DNA of 64,000 bases from an uncultured Actinomycetota bacterium (GCA_963762865.1 CAVXNC010000024.1:76495-140494); one strand, 5' to 3'; counted from the first letter of the stretch, positions 19,598 through 29,544 are shown. The notes: generated from the sequence alone by a model not told the origin. Program-made: numbers and translations.

Positions 19598-20818
19598 ATC
19601 GCGTTGGTTCCCGAGAACCTGGTCCTGCGGACGATCCGGCCGGAGGAGATCGATCAGGCCGCGGAGCTCCTCGAGGAACGCGGCGAGCCAGCAGACGGTG
19701 AGGACCTGCGCCTCGTCCTGGACGACAGGGACGCCGGTCTGCCCGGTACCGCCGTCGTGGTCGACGGTGACCGTGTCGTCGCCACCGCCTCCCTGCTGGA
19801 CGAGCAGCTCGACCTCTGCGGGCACGCCATACCCGCTGGCCAGGTCGAGCTCGTCGCCACGGCAGCAAGCCACGAGGGGCGCGGCCTCGCCCGGGCACTG
19901 ATGCAGTGGTGCCACGACCGCTCGGCGGCAAGGGGCCACCTCGCTCAGGTCATGATCGGGATCCCGAACTTCTACCGGAGGTTCGGGTACTCCTACGCGA
20001 TGCCGATCCCGCGGGTCCACTCGCTGACCGGTTCCGTCGAGGCACCGGCGGGCATCACAGTCCGACGGGCGACGACGGCCGACATCACGGTCATGGCGGA
20101 GCTCCAGGACGTCGAACAGCGCACGGCCGACCTCCGGATGCCGCACTCGGACGGCTGTTGGCGGTGGCTGGTCGCCCGCTCGGGCAGCGAGCAGTGGGTG
20201 GCCGAGCGGGACGGCGAGGTGATCGCCGTCGGACGAGCGTTGCCCGAGGAAGGCGTCCTGGGCGAAGTGGCGGCCACCGACCCGGCCGGGGCGGTCGCCG
20301 TCCTGGCTCACGCGGCGGAGGCTGCGCGGGTCGCCGGGCATCCGTTGTCCGTGCAGCCGCGAGGGCGCGGATGTGCCCACGACGCGATGGCGCCGTACCT
20401 CGACCAGGGCACGCTGCCCGAGTGGTACTACGCCCGGGTCCCGGACCTGGCAGCGCTGCTCGAGCGCCTCGGGCCCCTGCTCGCCGCGAGGCTGCGGGAC
20501 TCCGGGCTCGGATCCTCCGGCGGCACCGGCGGCGAGCATCAGGTCCTGCTGTCCACGTACGCCGAGCAGGTGCGCTTCACGGTCGGCGCCGGCGGAGTCG
20601 CCGGGATGCAGCGCGGCGGCCGCGAGCAGGCTCCCGTGAGCAAGGGCGGCTCGGGTCTCGCCGCAGAAGATGTCCCGGGGCTCATCCTCGGACCGCACGG
20701 TGCGCTCGGGCTCGAGGAGCGAGCGCCGGACTGCCATCTAGGGCGGCAGCGCGAGCTGATGGCAGCGCTCTTCCCGCCGGTGACCTCCGACCTGCTCACC
20801 TTCTACCTGGCCGTCTGA
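19598..20818 (+). CDS. Eis-like GNAT acetyltransferase (GNAT domains plus a C-terminal SCP2-like region)
   Basis: ~400 aa architecture with HEGRGLARALMQWCHDR and MIGIPNFYRRFGYSY, typical of the enhanced-intracellular-survival / aminoglycoside acetyltransferase family. The start is uncertain. Confidence 0.65.
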   Translation: MALVPENLVLRTIRPEEIDQAAELLEERGEPADGEDLRLVLDDRDAGLPGTAVVVDGDRVVATASLLDEQLDLCGHAIPAGQVELVATAASHEGRGLARALMQWCHDRSAARGHLAQVMIGIPNFYRRFGYSYAMPIPRVHSLTGSVEAPAGITVRRATTADITVMAELQDVEQRTADLRMPHSDGCWRWLVARSGSEQWVAERDGEVIAVGRALPEEGVLGEVAATDPAGAVAVLAHAAEAARVAGHPLSVQPRGRGCAHDAMAPYLDQGTLPEWYYARVPDLAALLERLGPLLAARLRDSGLGSSGGTGGEHQVLLSTYAEQVRFTVGAGGVAGMQRGGREQAPVSKGGSGLAAEDVPGLILGPHGALGLEERAPDCHLGRQRELMAALFPPVTSDLLTFYLAV

Positions 20819-21977
20819 CCTCCCGGGCGCGCCGCGTCCTTCAGTGCCCGCACCAGGTCGTGGATGCTCTCGAAGCTGTCGGCGTTGGCCTGGACCGCGA
20901 CGACGACACCGGTGTCGGGGAAGGCGACCAGCCGCACCACGTGGGACGTCTCCATCCCGCCATGGCCGACCGCACCGGGGGTGTCGTACTCGTCCCAAGG
21001 CGAGAAGTCGAGGGTCCCCAGGCCGTAGGACTCACCCCGGAAGTCGGTCATCTCGCGGAGCGAGGCGTCTGCGACCACGAACCCGCCGTACAGGTCGTAG
21101 CCCCAGCGGGCCAGGGTCGCGGCGTCTGTCTCGATGTTCCAACCGTCGGCAGCCATGGCGTCCTTGACGCGGTACAGGATCCCGCCGAGGCCGGGATGAC
21201 TCAGGACGCCTGCCCGAACCACCTTCGCCAGCGGCCGGCCCGTGACCTGCTCGATGATCTCCCCGAGCAAGAGGTAGTTGATGTTCGCGTACTGAGTGGT
21301 CGACCCCGCCGGGGACGATGGGCGGTGGGATCAGCTCCACCAGATCGGCAGTGGTGTACCCCTGGTCCACGAGCTCGACGTAGCCGTCCGGGTCGACGAG
21401 CCCGCTGCGCATCCCGAGCAGGTCCCGGATGCTGGCACCGTTCGCGTCGAACGACGAGAGCTCGGGCGGAAAGTAGTCGGCCGCCGGGACGTCCAGTGGG
21501 ACGGTCCCATCTTCGACCAGGCTCAGGACCTGGGCCGCCGTCATCGTCTTGCCCACACTGGCCGTGAGGAGCGGGGAGTCGGGCATCAGGGAGCTGCCCT
21601 GCCTGTCTACCCCCGCGGCTCCCGACCAGCTCCCTGAGCCGACGACGATGACCGCAGCGGCGACCCCGCGGAGCGTGCCTTCCGCAACCGCCTCGTCGAG
21701 CAGCTCCTGGAACGAGGCGGCCAACGTGTCCGGAAGGCGGCCACTGCGGGAACTCCGGGAAGTCGCCGAGCTCGGCGGTCCAGGTCCGGGAAGCGGGCCG
21801 AGCCGTCTGCGTGGCCTCGTCGGAGGTCGGCTTGACCGTCGCCTGGTCTGCTCCGACCGAGGAGGTGCAGGCGGCGAGCAACGACAGGGTCACTGTCGCC
21901 ACAAGTGTCCGCAGTGCGGCTGACAGTGTCACGGTCGTCTCCGATCGGCGCGCAACCACGGGCTGGGAGACCGACAA
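20803..21977 (-). pseudogene. secreted class-C beta-lactamase-like serine hydrolase (lipoprotein), split over three frames
   Basis: The lipoprotein signal (LSLLAACTSS) is in one frame, the S-x-x-K active site (TASVGKTM) in a second, and the C-terminal ...NINYLLLGEIIEQVTG... in a third. At least two single-base indels at G/C runs (about 21300 and 21750) cause the splits. Confidence 0.6.
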
Positions 21978-22221
21978 CAGGACGATGCCCGCCGAACAGC
22001 GACTCCTAGGAGTTCAACGCCTCGAGGGTGTGCCGAGGTTCGGTCGTCGCGGCCTTCGGTCGACCGCTGCCGTCGCCATCCCGCCCTGGTCGGCTCACAT
22101 CACCCAGAACGGACGAGGTGCCCTGGTTTGACGGGGCCTAGCGTCCGACGAGCCTGGAGTGCGATCCCGAAGTGACTCGGTCTGCACAGTTCGGGCGTTC
22201 CCTAGGCCCTGGGAGGCACCG

Positions 22222-22770
22222 ATGGCGGCATCCGTGACGGGATCGTCACAGCCTGGCTTGAGTGTCGGTCCGACCAGTGAGTTCAGCTTGTTCTTCCACG
22301 TGAAGCCCGGTCAGGGACCGTCGTTGCGGAGCGCGCTCCTGGCCCTGCAGGACACTCCTGGGTACCGGCCCGGCGACTACGGGATGGCTGTCCAGACCAT
22401 TCACGAGGCGCGCTTCGTCCTCTTCGACGACGACACCCGGCTCGCGTTCATCACCAGCTTCGACGGGCCATGGGACGCCTACATGGAGGACTTCTTCTCC
22501 TCCGGGCCGACTCTCGCGCTCTTTGACGTCATCTTCCGCCACGTGGACGGCTACGACGGGCTGCCGGACCTGGCCGCCCTCAGGGCGTTCATCCTGGATG
22601 CCGAGCAGACGGCAGGTGCGTACGCCCGCAACTATGGCGGCACCGTCAAGGAGATCCGGAAGGCCCAGCGCGTGAACGCGGCCTTCCAGCAGGTTCTCGA
22701 CCATCCGGAAGCGGCCGAGGTCCTCGAGCATCCAGCGATGCAGCCGCTGCTCGACGAGGCCGGCGACTAG
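22222..22770 (+). CDS. hypothetical protein (182 aa)
   Basis: Clean ORF with GGGAGG Shine-Dalgarno 5 nt upstream. No family recognised. Confidence 0.55.
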   Translation: MAASVTGSSQPGLSVGPTSEFSLFFHVKPGQGPSLRSALLALQDTPGYRPGDYGMAVQTIHEARFVLFDDDTRLAFITSFDGPWDAYMEDFFSSGPTLALFDVIFRHVDGYDGLPDLAALRAFILDAEQTAGAYARNYGGTVKEIRKAQRVNAAFQQVLDHPEAAEVLEHPAMQPLLDEAGD

Positions 22771-22800
22771 GACGGGCGGCAGGACCGGGAGCGACGTCCG

Positions 22801-23928
22801 ATGTCGGACCACATCTCTGGGCCGCGCGCCCTTGCCGACCCGATCGCGGACATCACCGACGTGTACGCGTTCCCCAGCCCTGAGGGGGCGGATCGCCTCG
22901 TGCTCGTCGTGAACACGCTTCCGATGGCCAAGCCCTCCGACCTGTTCTCGGGCGGGCTGGTCTACCGATTCAGGCTGCGTCCGCTCACCCGGGCGACGAC
23001 CGACGGTCCCGGGTGGCAGTTCGTCCCCGCCGACGAGGAGCACGTCCTCGACTGCGTGTTCTCCACGCCCGATCCCGCCGCTGACGCGCCTGTCCAGGAA
23101 GGCACCTGCACGTCCCCGACCGGAGAGACGGTGTCGTTCCGCGTGAACGACCCGCAGGGCGGTTCCGGTGCCGGCATCCGCGTATTCGCCGGCACCCGGT
23201 GGGATCCGTTCATCATGGATGCACGTGCCGCCTTGACCACGCTCGCGACACACGAGCTGGCTTTCACCGACCCCGGCTCGATCTTCCTGGACGGCAAGAA
23301 CGTGCTGAGTGTCGTCATCGAGCTGGACACGCGGGGGCTGGGTGGCGGCCTCGTGGGTGTCGTCGCGGAGACGCTGACGCGAGGGAACTTCAACGTTCGG
23401 ATCGAGCGCGTCGGAAGGCCCGAGGTGAAGAACATGATGCTCGCACCGAAGGAGTTCGACCGGGTGAACCGGGACCTGGAGATCCGTGACTTGTACAACA
23501 TGGAGGACGCGTTCCACCCCGGCGGCACCTACGGCGGCGCCTACCGCGCGCGTTTGAACGCCAACCTTGCCTTCTGGGACGGCCTGGACGGGAAGGTGGA
23601 CTGGCCAACGGACGAGGACGGCAACCACCCGTTGACAGACCTGGTCCTAGCCGACTTTCTCGTCGTCGACGTCACGAAGCCCTACCTCGAGCGGGGCTCG
23701 TTCCTCGAGATCGAACTCGCGGCCCGACGCGGTCAGCCGCACCAGACGTGCGGGGGACGGACGTTGAACGACGACGTGATGGACACCATCTTCACCCAGC
23801 TCGTCAACGCCGGACATGGCCCCACCATCCGGGACGGCGTCGACTCCGCCACCCGGCCGGCCAGCGGCACGTTCCCCTACCTGGCGCCGCCTAACCCGCA
23901 CCCGCCCGAGCCGCCGGAGCACCACTAG
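22801..23928 (+). CDS. DUF4331-family protein
   Basis: The N-terminal motif SGPRALADPIADITDVYAFPSPE matches the conserved DUF4331 start (DPxADxTDlYAF). Confidence 0.65.
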   Translation: MSDHISGPRALADPIADITDVYAFPSPEGADRLVLVVNTLPMAKPSDLFSGGLVYRFRLRPLTRATTDGPGWQFVPADEEHVLDCVFSTPDPAADAPVQEGTCTSPTGETVSFRVNDPQGGSGAGIRVFAGTRWDPFIMDARAALTTLATHELAFTDPGSIFLDGKNVLSVVIELDTRGLGGGLVGVVAETLTRGNFNVRIERVGRPEVKNMMLAPKEFDRVNRDLEIRDLYNMEDAFHPGGTYGGAYRARLNANLAFWDGLDGKVDWPTDEDGNHPLTDLVLADFLVVDVTKPYLERGSFLEIELAARRGQPHQTCGGRTLNDDVMDTIFTQLVNAGHGPTIRDGVDSATRPASGTFPYLAPPNPHPPEPPEHH

Positions 23929-23950
23929 TGACGGAAGGCACCTGAACGCC

Positions 23951-25291
23951 ATGCCCGAGGCGACTCATTCCGATCTTGAGCTCGACGACATCCAGGCCGG
24001 TGCGCTGTTCGAGCGACCCTCGCCCTACGTCGGCAAGTACCTGATGCTGCGCATCGTGGACCGTGCCGACGGCCGCGAGCTGGTCCGGCGACTGCATCGG
24101 GTCGCCAGCTCCTCGAGGACGTCGAGCAGCGGGAACGACACATCTCTCACCGTGGCGTTCACCTACAGGGGTCTCGAGGCGCTGGGTGTCCCGCAGACGT
24201 CACTGGACACCTTCGCGCCGGAGTTCCGTGAAGGGATGAAAGCGCGCGCCGCGCTGCTGGGAGATGTGGGTGAGAGCAGTCCCGAGCACTGGGAGCCGCC
24301 GTTCGGGAGTGCCGACGTGCACGTGGCCATCGCGGTTCTCGCGCCTGACGCTGCTCGGCTGGAGGAGGCCGCTGAGAAGGCACGCCAGGCACACACCGAG
24401 CTACCGGGAGTTGAGGTGATCTGGCGGCAGGACTGCTACCAGCTCGCCACCGGACGGACCTCGTTCGGTTTCAAGGACGGCATCGGCCAGCCCGCTGTCG
24501 AAGGAAGCGGTAGGCCGTCCACGAATTCCCGCGAGCCACCTCTGAAGGCCGGCGAGATCATCCTGGGCTACCCCGACGAGACCGGCGAACTACCGCCGAT
24601 GCCGACGCCGGAGGTCCTGGGTCGCAACGGAACCTACGTCGTCTTCCGGAAGCTGCACACCAAGGTCGCGACCTACCGACGCTACCTGCGCGACCGGGCG
24701 GCGAGCCGTGAGGAGGAGGACCTCCTCGGCGCGAAGATGGTCGGGCGCTGGCAGAGCGGCGCTCCGCTCGCCGTTGCACCGGACCACGATGACCCCGAGC
24801 TGGGTGCCGATGCCCGGCGCAACAACGACTTCGTCTTCGGCGACGACCCCCGCGGGTTCAAGTGCCCGGTGGGCGCCCACGCCCGGCGGGCGAACCCGCG
24901 CGACGCCATGGACCAGGACGGCAGCGTGGACGTCCGGCTTCACCGGATGATCCGGCGCGGAACGAGCTATGGCCCCGCTCTGCCCCAGGGCGCCCTCGAG
25001 GACGACGGCGCCGACCGCGGGATCATCTTCGTGTTCGCCGGGGCGCACCTCAAGCGCCAGTTCGAGTTCGTCAAGACCCAGTGGCTGAACGACGGCATCT
25101 TCATCGGGGCACCACTCGAGAAGGACCCCCTCGTCGGACCGAACGACGAGTCGAGCAGCTTCACGATCCCCCAGCGCCCGATCCGACGAAAGCTGCAGAA
25201 CCTGCCGCCATTCGTGGTGACGCGGGGCGGGGAGTACTGCTTCGCGCCTGGTCTGACGGCCATGCGCTGGCTGGCCGAGCTGGACACATGA
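23951..25291 (+). CDS. Dyp-type (dye-decolorizing) heme peroxidase
   Basis: Full-length DyP with the GxxDG region FGFKDGIGQP and the proximal His region. No signal peptide. Confidence 0.85.
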   Translation: MPEATHSDLELDDIQAGALFERPSPYVGKYLMLRIVDRADGRELVRRLHRVASSSRTSSSGNDTSLTVAFTYRGLEALGVPQTSLDTFAPEFREGMKARAALLGDVGESSPEHWEPPFGSADVHVAIAVLAPDAARLEEAAEKARQAHTELPGVEVIWRQDCYQLATGRTSFGFKDGIGQPAVEGSGRPSTNSREPPLKAGEIILGYPDETGELPPMPTPEVLGRNGTYVVFRKLHTKVATYRRYLRDRAASREEEDLLGAKMVGRWQSGAPLAVAPDHDDPELGADARRNNDFVFGDDPRGFKCPVGAHARRANPRDAMDQDGSVDVRLHRMIRRGTSYGPALPQGALEDDGADRGIIFVFAGAHLKRQFEFVKTQWLNDGIFIGAPLEKDPLVGPNDESSSFTIPQRPIRRKLQNLPPFVVTRGGEYCFAPGLTAMRWLAELDT

Positions 25292-25319
25292 ACGGCCGGC
25301 ACCGACCAGAGAGGAACGC

Positions 25320-26187
25320 GTGGCGATGAGCTCATCCGGCACCGATCGATGGGCGGCCCTGGACTTCGGGCCGCCCCCTCCAGATGTCGTCGAGACCGAG
25401 GCTCCCGTGCTCCTCGACTACCTCGCCGATGGCCAGGTGGCGCTGGTCACGCTCAACCGACCGCATGCCGACAACGCGATCACAACAGAGATGGGCGCCC
25501 TCCTGACCGAGGTCGTGGAGACGATCGCGGTGCGTACCGCCGTCCGGGTGGTGGTCCTGACCGGAGCCGGCGAACGCGCCTTCTCCGTCGGCAGCGACCT
25601 ACGACAGCGCAAGAGCATGACCAAGGAGGACTGGCTGCGGCAGCGCCAGGCCTTCGACCGCACCCTCTACACCGTGCGTCAGCTGCGCAAGCCCATCTTC
25701 GCCGCCGTCAACGGCATCGCGTACGGCGGCGGGTGCGAGCTGGCCCAGAGCACTGACTTCATCATCGCGTCCGACACGGCCACGTTCGGCCAACCCGAAG
25801 CCATGCTCGGACTTGCCGCCGGCGGCGGCTCACCAGCCTTGCTGCCGCGCCTGCTGCCGCCGCGGCAAGGCCTTGCAGATGCTCATGACCGGCGACCCGA
25901 TTCCTGCTCACGAGGCCTACCGCCTCGGCATGGTCAACGAGATCCATCCCCCCGGCGACCTGATGCCGGCCGCCCGGCGCATCGCAGACAAGATCGCAAG
26001 CAACTCACCGACGGCGGTGCAGTCGGTGAAGCGCGCCGCTCAGCTGGGCGAAGGGCAGCCGATCGAGCAGGCGATCGCCATCATGATGGACGCCCACTGG
26101 CGATCGGCTGTCCACCCCGACCGCGTCGAGGGCATAGGAGCCTTCAACGACGGCCGCGACCCGAGCTTCGACGATGCCGACTTCTGA
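25320..26187 (+). CDS. enoyl-CoA hydratase/isomerase (crotonase), with an apparent 1-nt frameshift near 25845
   Basis: The N-terminal 170 aa (FAAVNGIAYGGGCELA) are in frame 1. The conserved C-terminus GKALQMLMTGDPIPAHEAYRLGMVNEI... is in the +1 frame (ORF 25813..26187). Deleting one C in ccgccgcgg restores LPRLLPRGKA. Confidence 0.7.
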
Positions 26188-26237
26188 GGCGGGAGCGCCC
26201 CGCGTCCAGAAGACCCACCGAGAGAAGGACTGAGACC

Positions 26238-27318
26238 ATGACCGTCGCCGGCGACCTCGAGTCGGAACGCGCCGCACTTCAGATGATCAATCCCGCTCCC
26301 TACAACGCCGAGGCTCCGCCTCAGGCCCTGGTCGGAGACATCACCCCCACGGAGCTTCACTACGTCCGCAGCAACTTCGCATTGCCCACTCATGACGGCA
26401 CCTTGGGCATCGGCGGCGCCGTGGGAAACCCCACGACCCTCAGCCTCGATGATCTACGCGCGCTGCCGGCCCACGATCAGGCGGTCACGCTGGAATGTGC
26501 GGGGAACGGACGCCTCGACATGAGACCGCTTCCGACCGGTGAGCCGTGGGGCGACTACGCGGTTTCGACGGCACGCTGGACCGGCGCCCGGCTCAGCGAC
26601 GTACTCGCCCTGGCCCAGCCAGGCACGGAGGGGGTTGACGTCCGGTTCGAAGGGGCCGATCACGGCCCGTACCACCTCCAGGCGATCCTCCCGGAGACCA
26701 ATCAGGCCGACCTCACCTTCGTCCGCGCGTTGCCCCTCGCCGAGGCAGCCGATCCGTCCTCGGCGATCCTGATCGCCTACCAGATGAACGGCGAGCCGCT
26801 GACCCCCGATCACGGCGCCCCGTTCCGGCTCATCGTGCCGCACTGGTACGCCGTCGCCTCGGTGAAGTGGCTGAGGCGGATCGACGTCCTCACCGAGCCC
26901 TACGCCGGCGAGTTCCAGACCGGCCACTACATCTACCAATGGCCGGACCGTCCCCACGAGGCCGTGCGCCTCATGCGCGTGCGTGCCCGCATCACCGACC
27001 CCGCTCCCGGGGCCGTCCTCCCCCTCGGGCCGCTACACAGTTCGAGGAAAGGCGTGGTCAGGCACCGGGCCCGTCACGCAGGTCGACATCAGCCTCACCG
27101 GCGAAGGTGACTGGCACCCGGCGCAGCTGGACCCGCCGAACGGTCCCTACCAGTGGCAGGACTGGTCATTCGTCTGGGACAGCAACGGCGTCGGACGTCA
27201 CACCCTGCGCGCCAGGGCGACCGACGCCGCCGGCAACGTGCAGCCCGACGTCCCACCTTGGAACCGGTTGGGCTACGGGAACAACGCCATCGAAGTCATG
27301 TACGTCGACCGGCACTGA
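26238..27318 (+). CDS. sulfite-oxidase-family molybdopterin oxidoreductase (SorA/YedY-like), with an apparent 1-nt frameshift near 27035
   Basis: The Moco-binding domain (LECAGNGR, FRLIVPHWY) is followed by the Moco-dimerisation Ig domain in another frame (ORF 26983..27318). A C5 run at about 27031-27035, if reduced to C4, gives the continuous ...AVLPSGRYTVRGKAWSG.... Confidence 0.7.
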
Positions 27319-27390
27319 TCGCCGGGGCGTGCAACCGTCCCCGACAAGTCGTTGGACCCGCGGCGGGGGACCGTGCCAGGGTCGGCGGGA

Positions 27391-28137
27391 TGTCTTCTGA
27401 GCTGCCCGATCATTTCGCCGGAGCGATCGCCGAGCGGTACGACGCGGGGTCGCCGGAGATGTTCGAGCCGGAGGTGCTCGGGCCGACGGTCGACCTACTA
27501 GCCGAGCTGGCCGGATCCGGGCCGGCGCTCGAGCTCGCGATCGGCACCGGTCGCGTCGCCCTCCCGCTCCATGAGCGGGGCGTCGACTCTCTTCGGGATC
27601 GACCTGTCGGCCGACATGGTCGCGCAGCTGCGCGCCAAACCGGGCGGCGCGGACATCGAGGTCACCGTCGGCGACCTCGCCGCCGCGACCGTCGGGCCGA
27701 AGGGCGACTTCACCCTCGCGTACCTGGTCTTCAACACCATCGGCAACCTGACGACGCAGGACGCGCAGGTGGCCGCGTTCCAGAACGCCGCCGCGCACCT
27801 CAGGGTCGGAGGGACGTTCGTCATCGAGACCGGTGTGCCCGACCTGCAGCGACTGCCAGCGGGCCAGACCGACGTCGTCTTCCACCGCGACGCCGACCAC
27901 GTCGGCATCGACGAGTACGACGTCGTCACCCAGTGGATGGCGTCCCACCACTACAGCCGGGTCGGCGACCACTACGAGCTGGTATCGGTGCCGTTCCGCT
28001 ACGTGTGGCCCTCCGAGCTCGACCTGATGGCGCGCATCGCCGGCCTGCGGCTGCGCGACCGGTGGGCCGGCTGGTCCAAGGAACCATTCACCGCCGATAG
28101 CCGCTCGCACGTCTCGGTGTGGGAGAAGACCGGCTAG
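27391..28137 (+). CDS. SAM-dependent methyltransferase, with an apparent frameshift near 27590
   Basis: The N-terminus MSSELPDHFAGAIAERYDAG..LELAIGTGRVALPLHERGVD is in one frame and ...LFGIDLSADMVAQL... (ORF 27571..28137) in another. Confidence 0.55.
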
Positions 28138-28562
28138 AGCCGCGAGAGCGTCGCGTCGTCCCGCTCACCGCCGAAGTACTTGTCCAGGACCTGCCCGTAG
28201 ACCGGCTCGTCCGGGTCGGCGGCGTCGAAGAGCGTCATCGACGACCGCAGCTTCACCGCGTCGATCGAGCCCAGCACAGCGACCGCGTCATCCCCCGGCA
28301 GGTCGGCCAGAGCCTGCGCCGCCGCCACCAGCCGCGGACCGAGCACCGGGTGCGCGACGTACGCCCTCGCTTCGGCGAGCCCGCGCACGCCGAAGAACTG
28401 CGACGTCGGCGACATCCCGAGACCCTCGACCTGCGGGAAGACGAACCAGATCCAGTGCCCGCGCTTGGAGCCGGCTCTCAGCTCGGCGATCGCTGAGTCG
28501 TAGGTGCGCCCGGCGTCCTGCGCGTCGACGAAGCGCGCCAGGTCGAAGGCCTCAGCCGACAC
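28134..28562 (-). CDS. DUF1810 family protein
   Basis: LARFVDAQDAGRTYDSAIAELRAGSKRGHWIWFVFPQ is the signature of this family. Confidence 0.7.
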   Translation of the reverse strand: MSAEAFDLARFVDAQDAGRTYDSAIAELRAGSKRGHWIWFVFPQVEGLGMSPTSQFFGVRGLAEARAYVAHPVLGPRLVAAAQALADLPGDDAVAVLGSIDAVKLRSSMTLFDAADPDEPVYGQVLDKYFGGERDDATLSRL

Positions 28563-29544
28563 CGGCGTAGGAGTGGAAGCCGACCAGCCAGATGTTCACG
28601 ACGAGGTAGTTGAAGAGGAAGGTGCCGTAGGCGACCAGCGCGATGTAGGCGGCCTTGCGGCCCTTCCAGCCGGCGGTGGCGCGCGCGTGCAGGTAGAGGG
28701 TGAGGACCATCCAGGTGATGAACGCCCACGTCTCCTTGGGGTCCCATCCCCAGTAGCGGCCCCACGCGTTCTCCGCCCAGATCGCGCCGGCGATGACGGC
28801 GAAGGTCCAGATCGGGTAGGCGAAGGCGTGCATCCGGTAGGAGGCCCGGTCCAGGACCGCTGCCGTCGGCAGCCGGTCGAAGAAGCTCGCCGGCCGGTCC
28901 TGACCGCGGGCCTCGAGCCGGTCCTGCACGAGGAAGCACACCGTCTGCGCGAAGCCGATCGTCAGCAGCCCCGACGCGATGATCGCGGCCGACACGTGGA
29001 TGACCAGCCACACCGACTTCAGCGCCGGCACCAGCTGCGCCGACTCGGTGTAGAGCACCGACACGGCGAGGCCGAGCGTCAGCAGCACGGGCAGGATCAC
29101 GAAGGTGCCGAGGTAGCGGATCTCCTGGCGGCGCAGCAGCACCAGGAAGACGCCGGTGACGGCCAGCGCACCGGTCACCGAGAACTCGAACATGTTGCCC
29201 CACGGCGCGCGGTCCGCCGACATGCCGCGGGTGACGACCGCGCCGAGGTGGAGCAGGAAGGCCAGGACGGTGAGGCTCACTGCGATGCGCCCGACGCGGT
29301 CCGATCGCGACGAGCGGTCCGCGACGCTGGTCTCGTCCGGCGCCGGTGCGACGTACGTCGTCGAGGAGCCGCCGCCACCCACCGTCGCCAGTCGATGTTC
29401 CTCGAGGTGGTCTGCACGACGCCCGTCGCGGACCGGCCGGGAGAAGGCGAGCTCGGCGGCGAAGAAGTACATCGCCAGCGCGTAGACCGCCATCGCCGAG
29501 TAGAGCAGGTTGTTGCTGAGCCCGGCGAGCTCGGCACTCGTCAC
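28552..29544 (-). CDS. ccsA: cytochrome c biogenesis protein CcsA/ResC (heme handling)
   Basis: Multi-TM protein with the WGRYWGWDPKETWAFITW tryptophan-rich WWD motif. Confidence 0.9.
   Translation of the reverse strand: MTSAELAGLSNNLLYSAMAVYALAMYFFAAELAFSRPVRDGRRADHLEEHRLATVGGGGSSTTYVAPAPDETSVADRSSRSDRVGRIAVSLTVLAFLLHLGAVVTRGMSADRAPWGNMFEFSVTGALAVTGVFLVLLRRQEIRYLGTFVILPVLLTLGLAVSVLYTESAQLVPALKSVWLVIHVSAAIIASGLLTIGFAQTVCFLVQDRLEARGQDRPASFFDRLPTAAVLDRASYRMHAFAYPIWTFAVIAGAIWAENAWGRYWGWDPKETWAFITWMVLTLYLHARATAGWKGRKAAYIALVAYGTFLFNYLVVNIWLVGFHSYAGVG

Noticed and set aside
19570-19598. GGTGGGAGCTCACGATCGCG, a possible sixth, degenerate copy of the palindromic element
   Set aside because: Only the right-arm-like half is recognisable and no matching left arm lies within 60 nt. 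Kept as a note under the repeat-family finding and not as a feature.
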